Source: a virus
Lineage: Duplodnaviria; Heunggongvirae; Uroviricota; Caudoviricetes
DNA length: 64,000 nt
Virus record (IMG/VR): IMGVR_UViG_3300031133_000383
Location: 346,635 to 410,634 of that record
Direction: 5' to 3' (one strand)
The position numbers were made by a program, and so were the translations under genes. The notes beneath the pieces are model-generated. The model worked only from the letters and a program-made list of their open reading frames with translations, searched no databases and was not told the DNA's origin. Shown piece by piece: positions 1 through 10,934 of the stretch; position 1 is the stretch's first letter; the number at the start of each line of letters is the position of its first letter.

Positions 1-1
1 G

Positions 2-508
2 TGTGATATTCAAACAAAAGGTCTGTCTGCGGATGCTGTTCGCCAAATGGTCGATCTTTGCCAAAAAGATCTTGCATCACAAAAAACTGATGGGTTGACG
101 GAAAACGTTCAGATGCTGGGTAAAATCATGGAAGTGTCTCATGAGTTTTCTTCGTCTCTTGGACTTGCGGCTCGCGAACTGGGGTATGCTGCAAATGAGT
201 TCTTGGCATCACCAGCAGGCATTTTGACAGCAACTGTTATTATTTGGAAAGTGTTCATGGTCCAGATTCTTGGCATCATCTTTCTCATGGTTGTTATTCC
301 ACTCTGGATTTATATGCTGCGGAAAACTATGATAGACAAGGTTGAATATCTGCCTATCAAACGTTGGGGTGGTCGTGAAGGTCATAAAAAAGTCGTTACC
401 TATGAAAGTTTTGATTCTATTAGTAGTGAGCGTTGTGGATCAATGTTGATTATCTCTGTATTTGCAATTGTTCTTATTGCCATCATTGTAGGTAAGATGA
501 TTACTTAA
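2..508 (+). CDS. Membrane protein, probably 5'-truncated by window edge
   Basis: Frame open from base 2; hydrophobic segments; followed by terminator. Confidence 0.7.
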   Translation, partial: CDIQTKGLSADAVRQMVDLCQKDLASQKTDGLTENVQMLGKIMEVSHEFSSSLGLAARELGYAANEFLASPAGILTATVIIWKVFMVQILGIIFLMVVIPLWIYMLRKTMIDKVEYLPIKRWGGREGHKKVVTYESFDSISSERCGSMLIISVFAIVLIAIIVGKMIT

Positions 509-522
509 ATTGTCAATACAAT

Positions 523-547
523 AAAAGGCACTTAGGTGCCTTTTTTA
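523..547. terminator. Bidirectional intrinsic terminator
   Basis: AAAAGGCAC-TTAG-GTGCCTTTTTTT between convergent genes. Confidence 0.8.
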
Positions 548-572
548 TTGAACATCTACTGTATTATAATTT

Positions 573-2015
573 TTATATTTTAAAGTCACTTTTGCTTACA
601 TAATTTTGAGCTTGTTTAGCTATCTGTGCCAATTTAATATCTTGAATCTTTGAAAAATCATAGTTTAATTGATCCATATTGATTTTTTGCTTGATAGGGT
701 CAAGTACATCTTTGCTTATAATACTATGACTTTCTACTGACTGTTTTATCATTTCAATTGTTTTAGCTCTATCTCCCTTGTTGGTTAGATACATGAACTG
801 AGTCAGTTTTCCATAATCTATCTTATCGCCGACCTCTCTTAGTATTCTATCAGCAATTTTTTCCATTCTCATAGGATTAACCTTTGTCGATTCTTTGTAT
901 TCTACAATATCAAAACCTGAACGTTTAACAATGGATTCACCAAAATGGTTCATCATTGCAGTATTTTTATTATTATCAACATCATTTAAAATGTTACTTT
1001 TTGATAATGAAATCAAGTTACTTTCTATAAAATTTTTATTTGTGTCCTTAAAATCATTTGTTTTTATTTTAGAACTCACAATGTACGCAAACTCCGATAT
1101 ATCTTCAACTTTCATTTTAAGCAAATCAGGATTTTCATTGATTACTTTTTTGAACTCCATCATTGCATAGGCTGTGTTGTGTGTGAGATCATGATCTAGG
1201 TTTCTTACTCTGAACTTGATAACACCGTCTACAATTTCATTAAATGTGTCAAGACTTTGTGATTCGACACCTATCAGCATGGTGGATGCAAAATCTGAAT
1301 GCATTTCTCTGTTAACAACATCTTGATCTTGCCCAAATTGGTGTGATTGTCTGAATGAACTATGAGCGGCTTCATGATATACAAGATACTTAGTAATTAG
1401 TTGATGATTGCTTATCTCAACCAGACTTGAAATCCATGCCACATCTTGTAGATTGACATCAATGTTATTTTCATTGTTGTTGACTAACAATAGTGAATCC
1501 TTTACGTTTTCCAATACACCATTGTCTACATGATTATAATAAGCACTTCCGTTGGTATGAGAATTTGATAGTGTTAGTATGCTTTCAGACCAGAATGGAT
1601 TTTTGACAACCATTGTTTCACCTTCTTCAAGTGTTCCAATTCTATTTATATTACTTTGACCTAGTGCTTGAAGACCTATCCCACTATAGTTTGTGTTTGC
1701 AATATTGTTGCCCAAATTGATGTTGTCTTTATATTCTTTTATCTTTGAATATAAATCCATTCCTTGGTCATTTTGTTGTATCATTTGTTCATGTGCTGCA
1801 ATCGGTGCTTGTTCTGTGATTGGTTGATGTGGAAGTGCGTTTGAAATGAAATTTAATGCAGTGGCTCCCAACAGACCATAAATAACTCCCTTGTTTTTAT
1901 TGATGTATTCTCCAAAATTATAAAGAAGTCCTTTAGTGGCTTTAAAGCTGTCAGTATGATAAAGATTATCATCAAAATTTTCTTTTATATTAGCTAATTG
2001 ATTGAATTTAGACAT
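573..2015 (-). CDS. Putative HEXXH metallopeptidase-like protein with N-terminal hydrophobic segment
   Basis: YHEAAH plus downstream NREMHSD (zincin-like third ligand); 480 aa. Confidence 0.55.
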   Translation of the reverse strand: MSKFNQLANIKENFDDNLYHTDSFKATKGLLYNFGEYINKNKGVIYGLLGATALNFISNALPHQPITEQAPIAAHEQMIQQNDQGMDLYSKIKEYKDNINLGNNIANTNYSGIGLQALGQSNINRIGTLEEGETMVVKNPFWSESILTLSNSHTNGSAYYNHVDNGVLENVKDSLLLVNNNENNIDVNLQDVAWISSLVEISNHQLITKYLVYHEAAHSSFRQSHQFGQDQDVVNREMHSDFASTMLIGVESQSLDTFNEIVDGVIKFRVRNLDHDLTHNTAYAMMEFKKVINENPDLLKMKVEDISEFAYIVSSKIKTNDFKDTNKNFIESNLISLSKSNILNDVDNNKNTAMMNHFGESIVKRSGFDIVEYKESTKVNPMRMEKIADRILREVGDKIDYGKLTQFMYLTNKGDRAKTIEMIKQSVESHSIISKDVLDPIKQKINMDQLNYDFSKIQDIKLAQIAKQAQNYVSKSDFKI

Positions 2016-2135
2016 TATTTTTATTGATGTTTTTTATTATTATACCATTGATTCAGAAATATTAAATAGCTAATTCATTATCTTGACTAAAATAATCATT
2101 CTATGCTAATATGATGATTCTTTGGAGAAAACTTT

Positions 2136-2438
2136 ATGAATCGTGAAAAAATAATCAGTCTTTTCGAACATTACCTTGAAAATACAGATGAACATCACAA
2201 ATTTGATCGTATAAAAAACCCAGTTACCAAACGTCCCGATCTGCAAGCTTTCATGATTTTGGATACATTGCTGCCTTCTGATGATGATATTATTGCAGCG
2301 GCTGAGCATGATATTATTTATCTGGCTCCTGATATTGACGACTTGGCAGCAGTTATTACAGAAGACGACTTTCTTGCTCTGATTCGTTGTGGCATATCCT
2401 ATGACCGTCACTATGATTGCTTGTATATGTTTGTTTAA
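2136..2438 (+). CDS. Hypothetical phage protein
   Basis: GGAG RBS, upstream TTGACT..TGCTAAT promoter. Confidence 0.8.
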   Translation: MNREKIISLFEHYLENTDEHHKFDRIKNPVTKRPDLQAFMILDTLLPSDDDIIAAAEHDIIYLAPDIDDLAAVITEDDFLALIRCGISYDRHYDCLYMFV

Positions 2439-2503
2439 TTTTCCTTGTAAATTAAGCATTTTGGTGATATAATTATTTAAATCAAATTGTAGAGGTACTG
2501 TTC

Positions 2504-2941
2504 ATGGCTATTCATTTTATTGACAATATCGAAAAAGAGAAAAACACAAGTACAGAATTTTATCTTCGCGACATCATTAATTCTGCATTCTCTTTTTTGG
2601 AGTCAGAAGTTTACAAGGGTGCAGTACCACGTTATGTCTCAACGGCAAAACGTAAAGAAATAGAAAACATTATCAAAGAAAGATACTGCTTGGTCTATTG
2701 GTGTTCCTCTTATGAGTTTCCAGTCAACAGTTATCATGATGATGATGGTGATTATATATCCTCTGATTCAGAGACTGTTTTTTATGGATTTGATCATGCA
2801 GCCGCTGTTAAGGCTCTGGAATCAGATGGTATTGAGGATGCTGCTAAAGTCTTGAATGCAATACCAATTGTTGACGAATTTATCAATCTTTACTACGGAG
2901 AGGGCATCACCTTTTCTTATTTCTTTGTCGAAAAGAAGTAA
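2504..2941 (+). CDS. Hypothetical protein
   Basis: GAGG RBS, TGATATAAT promoter. Confidence 0.8.
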   Translation: MAIHFIDNIEKEKNTSTEFYLRDIINSAFSFLESEVYKGAVPRYVSTAKRKEIENIIKERYCLVYWCSSYEFPVNSYHDDDGDYISSDSETVFYGFDHAAAVKALESDGIEDAAKVLNAIPIVDEFINLYYGEGITFSYFFVEKK

Positions 2942-3239
2942 TTTGATTATTGTAGCAAGAAGGACACTTATTTTGAAACCGGTGTTATGGCAGTATTTTG
3001 ATTGATCTTTGCCGTTTTGTTCAAAACAGACATCTGCCATAAAGCCTATTTATTCGAGATTATTAGTATAATACTCCTTATTTTTCAGGTTTTACCTTCA
3101 AAGATGACTTTGTGGCCGTTAAACTATCTTGTAGTATGGGCTATGATGGCACTGAAAGTGTTACCATTCCAATACCTTTTGAATGGCTTGCGGTACAGCA
3201 AAAGAAAAAACTTGACGATCAAGCCACATAAAAGATATA

Positions 3240-3575
3240 ATGGCTTCCTATAAAGCCATTGGGGTACATATCATGAGTGCAATGCATGTTCGTTTAGAAA
3301 GAGTGTTCGATAAAAAAGGTAATTTCAACCTTTCTGAATTTTCTCTTACCCATTTTGATCCCTATCGTAAAACAAATAGTGAAAACTATATCGAACTTTT
3401 TAATCTTCTCTTTGATAATGACAGCAATGTCCTATCCGAAGTCTATCAAGCACTGCCTGCGTTCATCAAGAGTAAAAAGCTGAGTCCTTTTTCAGATGCT
3501 GTTAAACTTTACTATGGTCAGATGCATGGTGCCAATACCAATAACAGCTATCCTGCTACTTATATCTTTCGTTAA
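3240..3575 (+). CDS. Hypothetical protein (start may be 3273)
   Basis: ORF track; phage-like codon usage. Confidence 0.65.
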   Translation: MASYKAIGVHIMSAMHVRLERVFDKKGNFNLSEFSLTHFDPYRKTNSENYIELFNLLFDNDSNVLSEVYQALPAFIKSKKLSPFSDAVKLYYGQMHGANTNNSYPATYIFR

Positions 3576-3640
3576 AAAAAACTTGCTATAAACCGTTGTT
3601 TTTGCTAGAATAACTACACTTAACCACAAGGAAATAATAG

Positions 3641-3754
3641 ATGACTACCAATAAAAAACAAAATGAAATCGAAATGGCTTATGCACAACGTGATGCTATC
3701 AAGCAAAAACAAGAAGAAAAAATGTGGGCTATCCACGAAAAGAAAAAACGCTAA
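3641..3754 (+). CDS. Small basic protein, 37 aa (MTTNKKQNEIEMAYAQRDAIKQKQEEKMWAIHEKKKR)
   Basis: Not in ORF track; AAGGA RBS, TTGCTA..TAGAAT promoter. Confidence 0.6.
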   Translation: MTTNKKQNEIEMAYAQRDAIKQKQEEKMWAIHEKKKR

Positions 3755-3788
3755 TTTTCTTATCATTCTAATTTCAGGAATTATCTTT

Positions 3789-4163
3789 ATGCAAAACCAA
3801 ACAGTTCAACTTACGGATCACGCAATTATTGACTTTACTCACCTTGATCATGCTCCCGATGGGTATTTTGCAGCCGCTATGGGATGGTACTTTCACGGCG
3901 AGCTAGAATCGAAAGTAGGATATGATTTGGCGGCAGCATCAGAAGATTTGATGTTGCTTGAAGATGGTATCTATGCCGGTACTTGGCAAGGCCACGACTG
4001 TACCTTCTTTTTTTGGACCTATATTTCTGACTTCAATATTGCTCCCGCAAATGATCCTAGCATGAAACATAAACGCTATCGCGGGCTGATTGTGCTGAAT
4101 ACCGATAAGTCGTCTTTTGAGGATGCACACAAAAAATACACCGCAAAAGTACAATTCTTGTAA
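3789..4163 (+). CDS. Hypothetical protein
   Basis: Start moved to MQNQTV after AGGA RBS. Confidence 0.75.
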   Translation: MQNQTVQLTDHAIIDFTHLDHAPDGYFAAAMGWYFHGELESKVGYDLAAASEDLMLLEDGIYAGTWQGHDCTFFFWTYISDFNIAPANDPSMKHKRYRGLIVLNTDKSSFEDAHKKYTAKVQFL

Positions 4164-4382
4164 ACTACACCGATCAGAAGAAAGAAGTTTGCCTGTTTCT
4201 AATTGATTTCAAAGAATAAAATAGCCTGATAATATTCTAATTATCGGGCATTTTTATTTTTTTCTGTTTTTTTTGAATTTTATATGATATAATCGACTGC
4301 ATGTATTTTAAATTTCTATAGATTCTGTTATTTGGTAGAATTTTTAAGATAACTCATTTATTTTAGCTTAGGGGACATTTTC

Positions 4383-5054
4383 ATGCTCAAAAAGGTTAGC
4401 AGCTACTCCGAATTCATCAAATACCTTTTTGATGACAATGTACAAGTCAACTTTGAACTTATTGAAAACGAATTTCATTTGCCATCAAACAGAGATTCAG
4501 AGTTAATTCTAAGCCATTATCATATTGATAAGCCATCTGCTTTAAACAATATTCATCTATTGAAAAATGGTTTTGTTGATCATGAAGGATTCAGGATTTA
4601 TTTAATTTATTGTGAGGGATTGGTTTACTCTAAGGTTTTTAGTTATCTGGATGTTCATGTTGCTGCTAAATTCAGAGATCTTAATAGTCCTTGGAAAATT
4701 GTCTATGATTCATTATATTTTACATGGTTGAGTAAATCATTTCATAGACACTCAAAGCAAACCTATACGCATCCTGTTAAAATTGAACAACAGTATTCTC
4801 AATATACCCTTTATTTTGCACCACAAGAAAAATTTGCAGTATCAAGAGTCGTTGTGGATAGCAATTATAGATATATTGTTGATATTGAATTTTCAAAAAA
4901 CTATTCAACTGTTTTAAGACTGTCTGATTTGTCCTTATCTTATCCTGAGATTGCAAACCAACTCAGATTTAAAGTCCGTTCAGTTGATAAGTTTACAACA
5001 AACAATAAGCATTTTAGAGAGCATCTTAAAATTTTAGAAATGATTGCTCTTTGA
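4383..5054 (+). CDS. Hypothetical protein with C-terminal LKILEMIAL motif
   Basis: AGGGG RBS; shared C-terminal motif (see findings). Confidence 0.8.
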   Translation: MLKKVSSYSEFIKYLFDDNVQVNFELIENEFHLPSNRDSELILSHYHIDKPSALNNIHLLKNGFVDHEGFRIYLIYCEGLVYSKVFSYLDVHVAAKFRDLNSPWKIVYDSLYFTWLSKSFHRHSKQTYTHPVKIEQQYSQYTLYFAPQEKFAVSRVVVDSNYRYIVDIEFSKNYSTVLRLSDLSLSYPEIANQLRFKVRSVDKFTTNNKHFREHLKILEMIAL

Positions 5055-5063
5055 GGACTAATT

Positions 5064-5705
5064 ATGATTCCTATTACTGATTATGACTCTTTGTTTAAAA
5101 CACTTCTCTCCATTGAAGAAACTGGATATTTTATCACACCAATAGAAGTATTTTTAAAAAATGAAACAGTTACTAAAAATATATACTATACCTGTATTAT
5201 TGACAGTAATAGTTATGTAATATTCCAATTAACTAAAAATATAATAACCAAGAAATTTTTTTTCTGTACGGATTTTAAAGGCAGTCATCGTGACCACGAT
5301 GAACCTGCTGTTATTGAATATTCTATTCATGGCAATATTATTTTAAAAGAATGGTTTATTAAAGGTAGCCCAAATAGAAAAAATAATTTAAAACCTATTT
5401 GTATTGAATATAAATATAATAAAAAAAATGTACAACATGTTAACAATTCTGCTGATGAACTCAAAAATGCTGGTTTTGTTATTTTTAATTACTTGAAAAA
5501 AAATATTGGTGTTAGTTGCTCCCATATACTATATGATTTAGACAAATCAAAAGTTGTTGATATTTTTCTTTACAATAATGGTCAACCTATATCAATTGAC
5601 ACTTTATTGGAATCTTATCCCGCCATCAACGACCTCTCATTGTCTAATTGTTTTGATTTATCTACCTCTGATATTATTACTGTACTGGATATGATTTTTC
5701 AATAA
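5064..5705 (+). CDS. Hypothetical protein with MORN-variant-like beta repeat (HRDHDEPAVIEY..KEWFIKG) and C-terminal motif
   Basis: GAGG RBS; HR.D.PA repeat typical of phage MORN-like proteins. Confidence 0.7.
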   Translation: MIPITDYDSLFKTLLSIEETGYFITPIEVFLKNETVTKNIYYTCIIDSNSYVIFQLTKNIITKKFFFCTDFKGSHRDHDEPAVIEYSIHGNIILKEWFIKGSPNRKNNLKPICIEYKYNKKNVQHVNNSADELKNAGFVIFNYLKKNIGVSCSHILYDLDKSKVVDIFLYNNGQPISIDTLLESYPAINDLSLSNCFDLSTSDIITVLDMIFQ

Positions 5706-5795
5706 ATCAGTAACTGAATTAAGATTTCATTTCATAAATTTCTTGATTTTTTATCATTTTTTTGATAAAGTACTGCTTTGAAATGAGGATAATGT

Positions 5796-6224
5796 ATGCA
5801 AATCGATGTAGATACTATTAGGCACAATGAATCAGCAGTTGGTCAAATTTTCTGGATTTGTGATTTTCGTCGCGATGATTTGGATAAGAAAGCCCAACGC
5901 CATGTCCAACCTACAAAAGTAATGGTTCGTTCCAATAAAGAAACAACTAAAAGAATTTATTATTCAGAAGTTCACTTTGTTAAAGTAGGGGTTAATGGAA
6001 AAGTATCTACCACACCTATCATGTTGTTTGATAATACCGGTTATCGATCCGATACAGGTATTCCAGTGTTTGTTTTTGATAACGAAGAAGAATGTATTGC
6101 CAAATACAATCAACAAGCGGACAAAATTATCGCAGCCATTGATCTTCGCATGCAATGTATTCTGTCCAGTTTGGCAGCCGAAAAACAAGACATTCTCAGA
6201 TTGAAAATGAATTCAAGAACCTAA
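5796..6224 (+). CDS. Hypothetical phage protein
   Basis: GAGGA RBS, own promoter. Confidence 0.8.
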   Translation: MQIDVDTIRHNESAVGQIFWICDFRRDDLDKKAQRHVQPTKVMVRSNKETTKRIYYSEVHFVKVGVNGKVSTTPIMLFDNTGYRSDTGIPVFVFDNEEECIAKYNQQADKIIAAIDLRMQCILSSLAAEKQDILRLKMNSRT

Positions 6225-6333
6225 AATGATTTTTGATTATCTCAAAAAAATTGCTAGGTATGCAAAATGATTTTGGCACTGACATTTATTTTAATGCTGT
6301 GCTTCACTTTGAGTTTCATGAATTATTGGAAAC

Positions 6334-6714
6334 TTGTTCCACAACAGGACTTCGGTCTTTTCAAAAGGAGAAGGTATGTTTAGATTGTTTTCCAAAAAAG
6401 TCATTGTTGTTGAATATCCAAACAGTGTTAGCATTTATGATAGCTATTCAAAAGTCAAAAAAGATACTGAACTTCTCCAGTTTGTTGATTCTGATATGTC
6501 ATTGAAATCTAAATCAAGTAGCCTTGAAGCACTAGTGGTAAATCCCAATGATGAATCTTTTACTATCATCATCTATTCAATAAACAAAAATACAACAAAC
6601 AGGTTAAGTCCAGCGGCAAAGCATGCTTTTAATCGATATTATTTCTCATTTTTTAAATCATATCTAGATCTTGATATTTTCTCAGCTTTCTCATTTAGTA
6701 AACATGAAGCTTGA
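6334..6714 (+). CDS. Hypothetical protein (likely start MFRLFSKK at 6376)
   Basis: AAGGAG upstream of internal ATG. Confidence 0.6.
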   Translation: MFHNRTSVFSKGEGMFRLFSKKVIVVEYPNSVSIYDSYSKVKKDTELLQFVDSDMSLKSKSSSLEALVVNPNDESFTIIIYSINKNTTNRLSPAAKHAFNRYYFSFFKSYLDLDIFSAFSFSKHEA

Positions 6715-6779
6715 TTGTGTATTACTAACTTGATTTTTCTCTAATATTTGTTATAATAATAAAATCTTAATTCAAGGGT

Positions 6780-7268
6780 TTGAGATCCATGACTGTCACT
6801 TTTCGCATAAATCTTGATGAATCACAATTCCCTCAGAAAAAGGTTTTTATGTGTGATCTTTTTCCTGAACTCGATGATGCCTATTTTGAAGGCGATTATG
6901 GCATTAAATTTGACCCGGACACACGACAATTTTATGAGCTTCAAACAGTTATCGATTTTGCTCATGAAAAAAATTTCTCCACTTTCAATTTTCAAGCTTT
7001 ACTTAAATTGATTGATCATAATATTTATATCATAAGTAAAGAAAATGATAATTTTGGTGAAGTCAAATATGAAAATCTTCAATCATTTCGGCGTAAAGTA
7101 TTTATTGCTCGTAACAAAGTAAATCAGAACAATATAAAAGAAGGCTTTGTGGATGGCATTATGTATTATGGTGGTATGACTCTTGAATACATACAATTTA
7201 ATTTGTCATTGATGCTGAGCATTATTTATAATGCAATAAAACGCCAGTTTGATATTATTTGGAATTGA
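6780..7268 (+). CDS. Hypothetical protein
   Basis: ORF track; promoter TGTTATAAT. Confidence 0.75.
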   Translation: MRSMTVTFRINLDESQFPQKKVFMCDLFPELDDAYFEGDYGIKFDPDTRQFYELQTVIDFAHEKNFSTFNFQALLKLIDHNIYIISKENDNFGEVKYENLQSFRRKVFIARNKVNQNNIKEGFVDGIMYYGGMTLEYIQFNLSLMLSIIYNAIKRQFDIIWN

Positions 7269-7278
7269 GGACATACCT

Positions 7279-7623
7279 ATGAAGCATTCAACTGATGTAT
7301 TTAGACTTGGACTTTCATTTATGTTTGGAACATTGTTTTTTTCTCTATTTCTTTGGAATTATTTTATAAATCATTACGCACATTCTGTATTAATTCAGGA
7401 ATTAGGACAGCCTATGACTAGTAGTCTTCTTATCTTTGTTTACTTTATGCCTCTTTTTATTGGTTTACCTATTGGATTCTTTTTTATCTTTAAATCAATC
7501 AAAATGGAAAATGAAGAATGTGCTGTTCAAATAGCAGAAATTCGTCAACAACATGAACAAGAAACAAAAGAATACAATGAACGTATAGAGGCTTTAAGAT
7601 TGAACTTCTATAACAAAAGTTAA
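7279..7623 (+). CDS. Two-TM membrane protein with coiled-coil tail
   Basis: GAGGA RBS before MKHS; two hydrophobic helices. Confidence 0.75.
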   Translation: MKHSTDVFRLGLSFMFGTLFFSLFLWNYFINHYAHSVLIQELGQPMTSSLLIFVYFMPLFIGLPIGFFFIFKSIKMENEECAVQIAEIRQQHEQETKEYNERIEALRLNFYNKS

Positions 7624-7639
7624 ACTTAATTAGGAGAAA

Positions 7640-8026
7640 TTGATGACTCAGATTCCACAATCGCAAGTTGTTATGGTAGATTTAGTAAACTCTACTACTG
7701 ATAAGTTTGCAAAACTTATTGATGACAAAGCTATCGGTACAACATTTTCTTGGATTGAATTTCGCGACACAACGTTACTGAAAATTATCGAATTTTCATG
7801 TGGCTTTCTGAACTATTCGGATAAAGAACTTTATTTGAAAACCTTCAATAGTCGTATGGCTGCTAATGGGTATTTACTCAAAGCAGTTAATTCACTTGAA
7901 GATAAAGTAGAAGCTTGGCATGAAGGTGATGGACATTTACAAGAACTGCATGAATACCTTTCACTGACATGGCAAGATTATAATCATTTTGTTCATGGTA
8001 CACCTGTGTATATTAAAAATAAATAA
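7640..8026 (+). CDS. Hypothetical protein
   Basis: AGGAG RBS. Confidence 0.8.
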   Translation: MMTQIPQSQVVMVDLVNSTTDKFAKLIDDKAIGTTFSWIEFRDTTLLKIIEFSCGFLNYSDKELYLKTFNSRMAANGYLLKAVNSLEDKVEAWHEGDGHLQELHEYLSLTWQDYNHFVHGTPVYIKNK

Positions 8027-8093
8027 TTCGTCTATTTTATCAGTAAATTTCGTTTTTAAAAAAATAAGTCATAATAAAATTAGGAATTATACG

Positions 8094-8723
8094 ATGAATA
8101 CCAATACAGAAGAATCAATTTTTTTTAAAAAAATGTTTATGAATTTTGCAAGTAAACATAATATAACAGTTGAACGCTATTGCTCAGTCAAATTGTTAAG
8201 CTTTTATAATCATAATTTTGATCCTGTCATGCTTTATGATGTTGGTGTTGATGAAGTAGCTCCCCTTGTATTAAAACCTTTTCGAGGTTTCAAAATAAAG
8301 AAATTAGTTAATGAACTTACACAATATTTATCAAAATGTTCAAATAACTATCTAGATACTTTTTTGGACAAGGATTTTTTTACTTCATATATAATTTATA
8401 ATACTCAAAGTATTTTTTTGAATAAAGATTATACCAGTGTTCATGATATTGCTTATTATCAACTAGAACTTATCAATAATAAATGTTCAACTAATTTTTT
8501 AGTTAATTTGCATACAAAGCCAGTCAAGGCTACCTACTACGAAACGCCAGAAGATACTGTATTAGATAAATATTTGGTAATCGATGTCTATTATAAAGAT
8601 ATAGAATCTTTATTAAATCCTTTTCTTGATTATTATTCGACTGCCATATGTAAGATGCTTGAAATACCTTTAACTCCTATTAACAAAGAGTTGTTGACAG
8701 TATTGAAAATGAAAACAATTTAA
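8094..8723 (+). CDS. Hypothetical protein with C-terminal LTVLKMKTI motif
   Basis: AGGA RBS before MNTNTEE. Confidence 0.75.
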   Translation: MNTNTEESIFFKKMFMNFASKHNITVERYCSVKLLSFYNHNFDPVMLYDVGVDEVAPLVLKPFRGFKIKKLVNELTQYLSKCSNNYLDTFLDKDFFTSYIIYNTQSIFLNKDYTSVHDIAYYQLELINNKCSTNFLVNLHTKPVKATYYETPEDTVLDKYLVIDVYYKDIESLLNPFLDYYSTAICKMLEIPLTPINKELLTVLKMKTI

Positions 8724-8805
8724 TCACCATTATTAAACTTTTTCTTGACGAATGATTGATTTTTTGTTATAATCAGACAAATATAAATGAATGAGGACTA
8801 TATTT

Positions 8806-9885
8806 ATGTCAACCTTTAATGCTATCGTGCTTCCAGTCATTGTTGAGGCCCACCCAAACGCTGATGCAATTGAACTTGCTCGTGTGGGGGACTATTTTTC
8901 CATTATTCAAAAAGGATATCTAAAAACAGGTGATCTGGCTGTTTACATTCCAGAAGGTGCTCTTGTTCCTGAATTTATTCAAGAAGAAGTTGGCTGTTTG
9001 GGTAAATTAGCAGGCTCCAAGAAAAATCGTTTGAAACCTAGTATGCTGCGTGGAGTCCTCAGTCAAGGTCTTTGCTATAAGGCTCGTGATGGCTGGGTTG
9101 AAGGTCAGGACATGGCTCAGGAACTGGGTATTGAAAAATACGAACCTCCTATTCCTGTCCAACTCGCAGGTGAAATCTTGAATGTTGGTCATGAAAACGT
9201 TTTTACCTTTGATATTGAAAACGTAAAACGTTTTCCACATATTCTTCAAGAAGGTGAGTTGGTATCCATGACCGAAAAACTTCATGGTACTTTTACAGTA
9301 GTGGCCAGCTTGTATGGTAAAGAACCTAATTCAGATATGGTCAATGGCCGCTCTTTTGCGAGCAGTAAGGGAAATTTTAATAAAGGCTTGGCCATTCGTG
9401 ACAACGAGCGTAATGCTAAAAACACCTATGTTCGCGTGGCTAATGAGTTCGGTTTGTATACTGCATCTGCTGTACTATCAGATCGTTTTCAGGACAATGT
9501 TTATATTACTGGCGAAACTTTCGGCGATGTGCAAGATTTACGCTATGGCTTGGAAAATGGCAAAATCGATTTTCGTGTGTTCAATATTTTTGTAGGTAAC
9601 CGTGCAAAAGGTGTTATGCCACTCAATGATGCTGAACTTGAAGCAGCCTTGACTGAGTTTAACCTTAAGCGTGTTCCTGTTCTCTATAAGGGGCCTTACA
9701 GTAAAGAAGTGATGTTGCAACACACTGATGGCAAGGAAACCTATTCTGGACAAAACCTTCACATGCGAGAAGGTTTGATTGTCGAACCTCTTGTTCAGAG
9801 ACGTGTTCCAGAAATTGGACGGGTTGTCTTGAAAAGTGTTTCAGCTATTTACCTTGCTCGAAAAGGTGGGACAGAGTTCAACTAA
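8806..9885 (+). CDS. RNA ligase, DRB0094/Rnl2-like family with N-terminal OB domain
   Basis: HPNADAIELA OB start; motif I TEKLHG, GETFG, FRVFNI, EGLIV, LKSVS. Confidence 0.9.
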   Translation: MSTFNAIVLPVIVEAHPNADAIELARVGDYFSIIQKGYLKTGDLAVYIPEGALVPEFIQEEVGCLGKLAGSKKNRLKPSMLRGVLSQGLCYKARDGWVEGQDMAQELGIEKYEPPIPVQLAGEILNVGHENVFTFDIENVKRFPHILQEGELVSMTEKLHGTFTVVASLYGKEPNSDMVNGRSFASSKGNFNKGLAIRDNERNAKNTYVRVANEFGLYTASAVLSDRFQDNVYITGETFGDVQDLRYGLENGKIDFRVFNIFVGNRAKGVMPLNDAELEAALTEFNLKRVPVLYKGPYSKEVMLQHTDGKETYSGQNLHMREGLIVEPLVQRRVPEIGRVVLKSVSAIYLARKGGTEFN

Positions 9886-9886
9886 T

Positions 9887-9910
9887 TGGGACCTTCGGGT
9901 TCCTTTTTTT
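9887..9910 (+). terminator. Intrinsic terminator
   Basis: GGGACC-TTCG-GGTTCC + T-run. Confidence 0.8.
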
Positions 9911-9953
9911 ATGTCATCGTGCTATAATTATCCAAATTATCAGGATTAGAAAG

Positions 9954-10556
9954 ATGTCAAAAATTTTTGAAAATATCATCAACTCCAGTTTTCGTCTTGA
10001 CTTGAATGGTGTTGACACTTTTGAAATTACACCTACTGTTCCCAATAGCACCTTTAATAATTTTGTTATTTTTATTGCTCATGACCAAGATATTCATATC
10101 ATGCCCAGTATTAACATTGAAGCAGGTTCGCTTAGAAATGAACATGGCGAAATAAATGATGTTTTTATGGATATGTTTTTTTCTTATGAACAATATCCTG
10201 TCTTTACTGGCTTTCTACATATTCTTGCACATGCCATTGAATCTGATAATGCTAGTCGTCAAACCTCTGTTCTAGAGCCTGATGGTGCTCCTGTAACTGC
10301 TCTGATACGTCAAATCATTGCGAATCGTGAGTATCCTTGTGTGGAACAAGGCAAGTCGTATTCACGTCTGCAAGATGACAATGGCGGTGAAACCAGTTCT
10401 ACACTGGATGTTGCTTTTGTCTCGGACGGTGTGTATGTTAAGGTGAGATCCTTGGACAGCCTTCGTTTTAGGACTTATTATGGTGGTGGTAAAAGTCATC
10501 GTGTTCGTAATGTTTTGTTAATATTATGCTATCTTATCAAAAATCAACAACTCTGA
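9954..10556 (+). CDS. Hypothetical protein
   Basis: C-terminal LRFRTYYGGGKS.RVRN.L segment; own promoter. Confidence 0.8.
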   Translation: MSKIFENIINSSFRLDLNGVDTFEITPTVPNSTFNNFVIFIAHDQDIHIMPSINIEAGSLRNEHGEINDVFMDMFFSYEQYPVFTGFLHILAHAIESDNASRQTSVLEPDGAPVTALIRQIIANREYPCVEQGKSYSRLQDDNGGETSSTLDVAFVSDGVYVKVRSLDSLRFRTYYGGGKSHRVRNVLLILCYLIKNQQL

Positions 10557-10643
10557 TATTTCTTTAACTCTCTTGATAAAAACATGGTATCTTGTCATCT
10601 TTTGATCGTGTTCATTTATACAACTACGTACTAGCGTAGTTGT

Positions 10644-10799
10644 TTATTTTATTTTTAATTGTTCAATTTTTTTCGAGTCTAATTGCATACCATATTCTGA
10701 TGTTTTAATCTTTTTTGCTTCTTTATCTGCAGCTATTGCACCTGTGCCAAATACTCCCATAAATACAGATAGTACCAAACCTGTCATTTCTTTTTTCAT
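10644..10799 (-). CDS. Small secreted peptide, 51 aa
   Basis: AGGAGG RBS; MKKEMTGLVLSVFMGVFGTGAIA-A signal-peptide-like start; not in ORF track. Confidence 0.65.
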   Translation of the reverse strand: MKKEMTGLVLSVFMGVFGTGAIAADKEAKKIKTSEYGMQLDSKKIEQLKIK

Positions 10800-10934
10800 T
10801 CTACCCTCCTATATAGTTAGCTTGCTATCTATATTATAGATCTAATATCCTAAAGGTCAACAGTTTGTTTCGATAATATAGATCAACCTGTTTTATTTGT
10901 TTAAAAATAGTCAGTTATTATATAATTTGAATAT

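Noticed and set aside
2945-3253. 3002-3253 ORF as a real gene
   Set aside because: Protein-like sequence runs in other frames; looks like a frameshifted remnant
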